64,000 nucleotides of DNA, taken from positions 7,364,804-7,428,803 of the forward strand of contig CM119271.1 of assembly GCA_051294375.1 (NCBI GenBank). The letters run 5' to 3'. The notes beneath the pieces were generated by a model that worked only from the letters and a program-made list of their open reading frames with translations, searched no databases and was not told the DNA's origin. The position numbers and the translations under genes are program-made. This document shows, one piece after another, positions 55,644 through 64,000 of the stretch (its first letter is position 1; each line of letters begins with the position of its first letter). This stretch comes from Paraspadella gotoi (Eukaryota; Animalia; Chaetognatha).

Positions 55644-57959
55644 ATGAATTAAATAAACAGAAAGAAAGAATAAATAACAGAAATAACAATGAAGTAGAAA
55701 AATATTTTCCTCCTAACTCATCTTTTAATTTTTTCAAATATCGAAACACCGAGAGACATACGTATCAAAAATCTTGGCATTGCTTGTGTATTTATTTATT
55801 CAATATTTTTTTAGCTCCAAACAAATCCCTAAAATTACATAGAAGCTAAGTCCCACAGCTTTGTGCTTACGCCCTTTTCTTCCAAGAATTAAAAAAAATG
55901 TTCAAAGACAAGTTTTTTAAAGCCAACTTTTTTGAGCCAAGAAATTTATAGAAATATTTTTTTTATGGCCGTAAATTTGCAGAGGAAAGCGGTGCGAGCC
56001 AGCTGCTCCAGGCTGCTGCCTGCTGCTGCAAGCTGCTTCCAGCTGCTTCGTTTTAAAATCCACGATAAAATTTTCAAAAAACCTCAATTTCTTGGGGAAA
56101 GTTGAGGGAAAGAGTTTTTTTTTTTTTTTTTTTTTTGAGTTCTTTAAAAAACAATATTTCGGTCTATTTGCTAAATGGAAAGGATATCATTTACAAAAGA
56201 CTGAATAAAGCAATAAGTTTGGCTGAAGCAATATATGAAAAGAAAAAGACTCTCTTTTGAAATTTGTGTGTCTCTCTCTCTATCCCTCTTTCTCTCTTTC
56301 CCTCTCTATCCCTTTCTATATATCTCTATCCCTCTCTATCCCTCTCTATCCCTCTCTCTCATATTCGCCACACTCACCGCTAAGTGAAGACTGAAGACGG
56401 AACACATTAATCATATTCAAAAAAATCTCCCGAATTCCTCCTCTCTCATCCTTCTCTCTCTTCTCTCTCTCGTCTCTCTCCTCTTTCGCTCTCTCTCTCC
56501 CTCTCTCTCTCTCTCTTCCGATTTTTTCCCCGCCGATATCTCGACTCCCAAACGTCCTAAAGAATCCGAAGTTGTATCTTGTCTCACTTGAAATTCAGTA
56601 AAAAGCAGCCAGCAAAGACATTCTGCCACGTCTGTTTATCATTCCTGCGACTCTGCTCGCTTCGGCATATGAGGTAAATCTTTCGTTTGGCCTGTTTTTA
56701 ATGTGTGTAATTTTAAACCGAAAAAGATTCCTGAAGTTTACTCGAATTAAAAAGAGCTTAAGAGACGGGTTCATTTAACGTTATGGCTTTTCCTATAACC
56801 TCAACTCCGCCCGCCTATGATCTAGTTGCTCTTTTGATAGACTCGTCGCACATTCCTCCAGTTTCGAGATGACGAAGTCGTTTTTATTTTCCGGCCCTCG
56901 CGTTTTTTGATGGTTGAGGCATAAACCGTCCCAAAATTGTATCGCCTCCGGGTAGAGATAGGCTGGGCGGGCGTTGATAAGCGTCGTCGAGAGACGACTG
57001 CCGATGCTTCCGTCTTATCTTTCGAAGACAGTTCGTTTTTCAATGCCGTTGCTTCTGCGACTCCGTAATGACAATTAGAATTTTGGGAGGTTCGGCAGCC
57101 CTTGATTCTAATACTGGGCGTAGGTTTTTTATTTGCGTCGATGGCATAATCGCGTTTGTAATTGTATCGGGTGTCGTGCGCCGACAATGTTATCGTGACG
57201 GGTCCATCTGGAAGATTCCTGTTTCTTTCTATGATAGCTCCGACGGCTTCGCATAAGTAGGTGGCCTCAACTACTTTTGTCGATATCTATCCTGGTCAAG
57301 ATATATCCAACTGATGAAAAAAATTACCTTAAAGGTCTCGATACATGACGGAGCACGATGGCGACTTTCTTATCGTATCGTCCTCCTTTATTCCACGTCA
57401 GGAGTTTGCTCTTATTCTCATACTATCCACATATTTTTTTCTTGTCTACGGGATCTCTGTGTTTCTACCGAGGTGGCTTCATAATCCTCCTCTACCTCTC
57501 ATCTACGTCTCAGGCTCGTTCCTGACGTTCTTCTCTTCGGTGCGTAGATCTTATACCTCTTCATTCGATTCCAAAGTGGAGATCGAAAGCGGAAGAAAAA
57601 TGTTTTTCATAGGTAGGGACCATTGGGTCAGCCTGGGTAGGGGTGTCGAATGCGGCTTTTGAAACGGTCTGACCAGAATGGAAATAATATACGAAGACCG
57701 CATATAGAGCGCGGAGCGATAGTCTCTTCTCCCTCTCTCTCTCCTCCTCACTCTCTCTCTCTCCTCCCTCGTCCCTGGCGTTGTGGCGCCAGAAGAGAGG
57801 CGTCATGGTGGGCGGCGTCGGTGGTGTGTCCCGTAGGCTGACGTTGAAGACGTGTTTCGCATACTTCAACAACGACAACGCCGACGACGACGTTCCAAAC
57901 ACGCCGACGAATCGACGCGATTTCCGCCTCCATTTATTTTTATGTCTCTTTCCTTGCCG

Positions 57960-57994
<35 letters not shown>

Positions 57995-59072
57995 GGACGC
58001 CGCCGCAACCGCTCCTTCGGCTGCGGAAACAGAGAAACTTGCGGCGAAAGCGTCGGCAGCTGAAGAGAAATGCTACGACGATGACCACGACGATAACGAC
58101 GACGATAACGACGACGACGACCGCGGACGTTTATCGCTTCGGGCGCTCTACTACTTATTGCCTCGAGATACACAAATTTCCCCGACTTTTTTGCGACGCA
58201 TTCACCCGTCGCATTCGCTTCGCCTTTTCGGCAATCTTCGCCGTCGGCTGTCCCATTGCTTCTCGCGCTCGACTTTCGTCGCTGCCCTTTCGCAATTGAA
58301 AATCGCTATCTCTTCTCTCCCCTTCGCCTTGCTGTTCCTAACCGTATTAGTAGTAGTTCCATAACAATTAAACCACTCTGTTTCCTTTGGGGAATAGCGC
58401 CCCTTTTGCATCTTTTAGAACAACTGGCGTATTCGACCTTTTTGTCCCAATTTGGGGCCCCACTCTTTGCCGTTTTTTTTACTTTATCAGCACGAGTATT
58501 CATTGGCCTTTTCAATTGCCCTCTTCCACTTCATTCGTCTTTCTTTTGCCTTTGCACCTCACGGGCCTTTATTCGCTTATTTGCTTCTTATCTTAACCCT
58601 TGCCCTAGTTTGTTCTTTCGATCCTTGAACTTTAGCCATAACATTGACCTCTCTTTCGTCTCTCTCTCTCTTCTCTCTCCTTCTCTTCTCTCTCTCTCTC
58701 TCTCTCTTCTCTCCTCTTCTCTCTCCTCCTTCTCTCCCAGTAGCATCAATGTCGCTGCTCTCGATTTCGCGCGCTTTTCCATCGCCATACGAACTTTTTT
58801 TCGCCGAAACAAACGGAACATTCTGCGGTTTACAATATTATTTATTATATTATTATTTACAAAAATCCTTTTTCCCCCTATGCCCCCCCCCCCCCGCTTT
58901 CGGAGTCTGCTCTACGGACCGAGGCGCGACTTTTACTCTGTTTTTATGCAAACATCCATAAATTTAATGCGATTTCCCTTTGTTCGCCGTCTGTTATCGA
59001 AGCGAGGGACAGAGAGAGAGAGGAGAGATCAGAGAGACGAGAGAGATGAGAGAGAGAGATGAGAGAGAGATG

Positions 59073-59128
<56 letters not shown>

Positions 59129-59783
59129 GGGGGGGGTGAGGAGCAGCAGAGATCCGACGGCTGGAGAAAGAGAGAGGAGCGAGGAGAGGAAGCGAGCAGC
59201 GGGCGCCGGAGGGCGTTGGGTGAGAAAGGGATAAGGATACGGGTAAGAAGGGACGGGTCTAGTTGTGTCCGCGCCAGTCCGCATGAGGGTGNNNNNNNNN
59301 NNNNNNNNNNNNNNNNNNNNNNNNNNNNNNNNNNNNNNNNNNNNNNNNNNNNNNNNNNNNNNNNNNNNNNNNNNNNNNNNNNNNNNNNNNNNNNNNNNNN
59401 NNNNNNNNNNNNNNNNNNNNNNNNNNNNNNNNNNNNNNNNNNNNNNNNNNNNNNNNNNNNNNNNNNNNNNNNNNNNNNNNNNNNNNNNNNNNNNNNNNNN
59501 NNNNNNNNNNNNNNNNNNNNNNNNNNNNNNNNNNNNNNNNNNNNNNNNNNNNNNNNNNNNNNNNNNNNNNNNNAGTAGGGGTTGGGTCTAAGAGAAACTC
59601 ACCCGTAAAGCGATCCATCGATGTGAAAAAAAAGTCACAAGAGGGAAACGATAGCGTCGGCGAAAATCTCTCCGGTCAGCGAACACAGCGAAGTTTGGAG
59701 TCTCTTGAGATTTCGAGTTGCGGTTTGGAACAACGAAAAATGAAAACATGGACTGTTTTCAGCGTTCGAACGGTCGCGGCGTT

Positions 59784-59940
59784 GTTAGTTGCGCCGCGAG
59801 TACTCTATAAGTCACTTTTCGGTCCGGTCTGTAGATCCGTCGGTCGGTATGTCTATCTGTCGGTCTGTCCCACTTCCGTTAAAAATATATATAATTTGAC
59901 TATACTATAGTTGTTTGCTCATTTGTTGAAACAGAAAAAA
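59784..59940 (+). mobile_element. Short HINE-like element, same family as 54305
   Basis: ttagttgcgccgcgagtactctataagtcacttttcggtccggtctgt...cccactt...ctatagttgtttgctcatttgtt. Confidence 0.5.
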
Positions 59941-60654
59941 AAAACTCAAATCTAAGGGACTGCTAGCGCCGCCTTCAGGAATTCCTAAAACTATAAAGAA
60001 TAAAAGACAGAATTTTAAAAAATTTTTTTTAATCATGTCATTTCATGTCATATATCATATATCATATCATATCATATCAAAATTAAGTCTCACATTGGAC
60101 TTACCGTTGTTTTTTTATTTATGTCTCAGAATCCTATATTATTTTTATATCTACTCCTTTTTTTTTTTTTCCTCCTTTGATTTCCCTCTTTTCTATTCTA
60201 ACTTAACAATGTTATAATTTTTTTTGTTAGATATTTTTGCTTTTAAAAATGAAACTTAATTAAATCTATGATAGACAGACGGACCGAAAAGTGTCTTCGT
60301 CACTATAAACGTTTTTTTTTATCCGTTTTGCCATCTGAATTTTCAGGTCAACTGCCTCGTTTCTCCCTCTGGAAAGAGCTCGAAAAAGGAATTCCCTTCA
60401 AGATTTTTATTTATTATTCTCCTTACGTTCAGATTTTCAAAATCCCCCAAAAAATTCCGAGCTTCGTCGTATCTCTTTTCTTTCTTCCTTCGTCTGTTTT
60501 TATTTTTTCTCTCGCTCCAGCCCTTCCTGCTCCAGTTTCTACTCCACTCTTCTTCTACATTTTCTATTTCCCGCTCCTCTCTCTTTTGCTCCACCAAAGC
60601 TCCATTCGTCTCCCGCATCCATTCGAAATCCCTTTACACATTAAAGCTTTTCTT

Positions 60655-60708
<54 letters not shown>

Positions 60709-61874
60709 TCTCTCTCCCCCTTTTCTCTTTTCTCCACTGGCTCCGTTCAACACAACTGCGTTGATCTAAAAAAGAAAAAAAAATGCGAAAACAATTTGAA
60801 GAAAAAACCGAGAAAATACGAACGAAAAGAAAAAAATATCCAGAAGAAAAGAGAAAAAGTTTTGAAAGAAAAGAAAAAAGAAAAAAAAAGAATAAAAAAG
60901 AAAAGAAATCTTTGAGAGGTACATTTGAAGGAAAAAGGAATTGAGAATGCCGATTAAGCCGATCGGGCCGATTTAGCCGATCGGGGAATGATTTGGATGT
61001 CGGGTTTGACTCTGATTTTATGTCTGATACGACGGATTTCATGATGTAGATTTGGGCGTAGATTTTAATGACAGATTTGACAAAGAATTTTAGAAACATT
61101 TTGCAGGGATTTGATGACAGATTTGAGCGAGGAATTTAATGACAAAATCAACGATGACGATATATAAAACGCTATTGTGATAAATTTTGGGTTAATTAAT
61201 TTGGAAGAAATATCATGTTTTTATTTTTTTAGTTTCAAGTTGACAAAAAAAAAATTATTAATAAAAAAACCCCTTCTTTTAAATGACGAATTCGGCGACG
61301 AATCGAAATAAATTCGTATTATGACGGGCGACGTCATATTTTTTGACGCATTTGAAAAAACGAGGCGCTTTTTTTTTTTACGCCGGCGGTCGCTCCGTGG
61401 GGCGAAAAAAACATCCGCGCGCCAACGACCCCACCACGAGGATCGAAAAATGTACATTTAACAAATTTACATGATTCTGAAGAATAGATATTTTTAAACG
61501 TTGCTTCTGTTGAAAATACACAGCGAATACAGATAAAAATATACGAATTAAGGATAAAGGAACAGAAATGGAGCCCTTTCGGAAAAGAGAGCCCGAAAGT
61601 TTCTCTGAGTACTTTCGAGCCTCAAAATCTTATTCAAAATCTCTCCTCAGTTTTCACAATACTTTTTTTTTATATTACGCATTTCTCGTATCTTTTCCTT
61701 TCTTTTCTTATTTTTTATCTTCCAAATTCCTATTCTCTTTCTTCTCTTTCTTCTCTCTCTTCTCTTTCTTCTCTCTCTTCTCTTTCCTTTCCCATCTTTC
61801 CTTTCCCCCCCCACCATCTCTCTCCTCAGGAAAGGGTCAGTCGCAACAACAGCGAAAACGAAACGATAACAGTA

Positions 61875-61908
<34 letters not shown>

Positions 61909-64000
61909 CATTAACGACAACAACGGTAATAACGGTAACGGCGTCAACCGGCGTCAACCGACGCCCACGAAACCGACGGCGTCGCCATCGCCAACTCTCG
62001 CCTTTCCTCGTCACGACATAAACAAAAAAGCATCGGAACGAAATGACTTTTCTCGTTAGTAAAATTGCGCCTTTTTTTTTTAAATTGATTCCCGCGAGTA
62101 ATGAAATTGTCCGAATAAAATAAACATTTTATTATTTAAAAAAATAAAATAAAGTCAATACAGTTATACGTACGTACAAATAATTTAGATATATGTTAAC
62201 GAACATCGTGATACCGCGCAGTCGCGGTCGTTACAAACCAAAACTGTTTTTTTTTTAATNNNNNNNNNNNNNNNNNNNNNNNNNGTAGCGACACTCGTAA
62301 AAAACCACAAAAACACAGAGTCCGCAGAACAGTACCAAATCTCTCGATACTGGAGACTCTAACAAACAAACAAAGAAATAAAAGGGAGAAGAAGCCCAAG
62401 CGAGTCGTAGAATTCGGGGGGCTGCAAAAAAGCACTATAAATAGAAAGAACAAAAAGTCTCCTTTTTTCGCCTGGTTGCCATCTTGCCGATTTTTCAAAA
62501 ATGAGACATTCGATGAAGAAACAACAAAACAAAAAAAAGAGAACAGAAGACTAGGCATGGGGAGTGATTTCACATGTAACGCATGCAGTCAATAAAAAAA
62601 AGAAGGCCGGGTCGACATCTTATACATATGAGGCGCTGGGAGAAAACAGAAGGAGAATAATGTCCAGATATTTTGCTGCCACTAATGGAGTTTTGAACGG
62701 AGCGAATGAGCCGAAAGAGCAAAATAAAAAAAAAAAAAAAAATAAAAAAACAAAAAACAAAAACGAAAACAATAAACAATATTAACACTGCGGACAGTAC
62801 GAAAGAGATGCATTCGATAGTGCTGTGACAATATAATTATCGATTCGTCATTATAAAAAAAAACAGCGTACTTTCTCTCCTAAACGCGAGGGGCGAATCG
62901 ACCCCGCAGACGCTCAGACTCGCGCTCTGTCCTGGGGCCCGATTCAGCACCGCGAGTCTATTTCGCGGCGCCCGAACCCGTCGGCACCCCGGGAGCCCGA
63001 CGCCCTGATAGCCCGGCGCGGCGTCTCGATGGCGCGCGGGCGGGCGAAAAGCCTTTATGGCGCAGTTAGCGCCGAAACAAAAAAATATGGAGCGAATAAA
63101 GGCGGGGGGGATTGTTAGGGAGGTGGAGGCGGGAAGGTGCGAGGAAGTGGGGGGCCTTGACTTTGTGGTTTGGGAGAGCGCTCGGGAAGAAAGGCTATCG
63201 GAGAAAAGTCTAGATGTCGGATGTTATGTTGTCTCAATGTCCCAATGTTGATTTCGTATCTAGATTTTGTCTCAAGACTGAAAATATGCAAGTGAAGTTG
63301 ACAAAAATGTATTTAAAAGATACTTAACGAAACATAACAAATATTGTCAGCTGTGAATCGACAGACGACGTAGGAAACGCGCCGGCGCAAAGACGGCAAC
63401 AACCCGGACAAAACCGCGGCGCCCATTAATGTCTCGGGACAGAGAGCGGGGCGTTGTTGTTGTCGTGGATACGAGGCCACAATCGACGACGACGACGACG
63501 ACGACGATGAGAGCGACGACTCGTAAAATGAAAATATAAAGCGAACGCGAAAGAGAAGCTTCGCCCGAAACAAACAGAGAAAAACAAAAAACAAAAAACG
63601 AAGTGATGAAACATGAGAAAAAACAAGTAAACAAATAAACAAAATGGCGACTGAAATCATAAAAACGGGAAACGTTGAAAAGAGAAAGGAAAACGGAAAT
63701 TAAAGAGAAGGAAGAAAGAAAGAACAATTGAGTAAAAAACCAAACGAGAAAGAAAAGGGAATTTAGAAAAAAATAGATTTAAAAAAAAAATAAATGGGGT
63801 TCGTAGAAAAAAAAAGGGATAATGAAGGGGGAAAAAAGGGGAAAAGAAAGAGGGGAAAAAATTTAGGGCGAAAAAGGAGAAACTGTAGAGGAAAATGAAG
63901 AAGAATTAGGACAATAAAAAGAAGGAAGAAAAAAATAGACTAAGTACGAAATACGAATCTCAGTCGTTGTCGTCGACCGATCTCAGACGTCTCTCTCTCT

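Noticed and set aside
57700-58152. LSLRALY encoded on both strands (short inverted similarity)
   Set aside because: Only ~18 bp of imperfect match, compatible with chance.

Overview
Draft-quality eukaryotic DNA, probably from an invertebrate animal (the gene family suggests a lophotrochozoan; this is inference). It is saturated with (GA)n, (GAAA)n, (GAC)n and (GAAT)n microsatellites, has 12 N-gaps and many homopolymer indels. Almost all ORFs in the supplied track are microsatellite artefacts. The supportable content is: (1) a complete 4-exon gene for a 172-aa secreted protein (6800-7783, +), with two frameshifted paralogues (13468-13740, +; 17281-18588, -) forming a small divergent cluster; (2) two Penelope-like non-autonomous elements (4434-5247, 8481-8843), each made of inverted pseudo-LTRs carrying minimal type I hammerhead ribozyme motifs; (3) a 0.6-kb fold-back of two inverted TG..CA LTR-like units with an internal tRNA-like Pol III promoter (3797-4394), plus solo copies at 6312 and 18810; (4) several Helentron-associated (HINE/DINE-1-like) elements; (5) a 2.15-kb long-TIR element inside a (GA)n tract (41062-43208); (6) a ~25-kb block (25.5-50.8 kb) of direct and inverted copies of one ~7.8-kb segment, most likely a gap-filling or scaffolding artefact. 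All alignments were done by eye and no database search was run.
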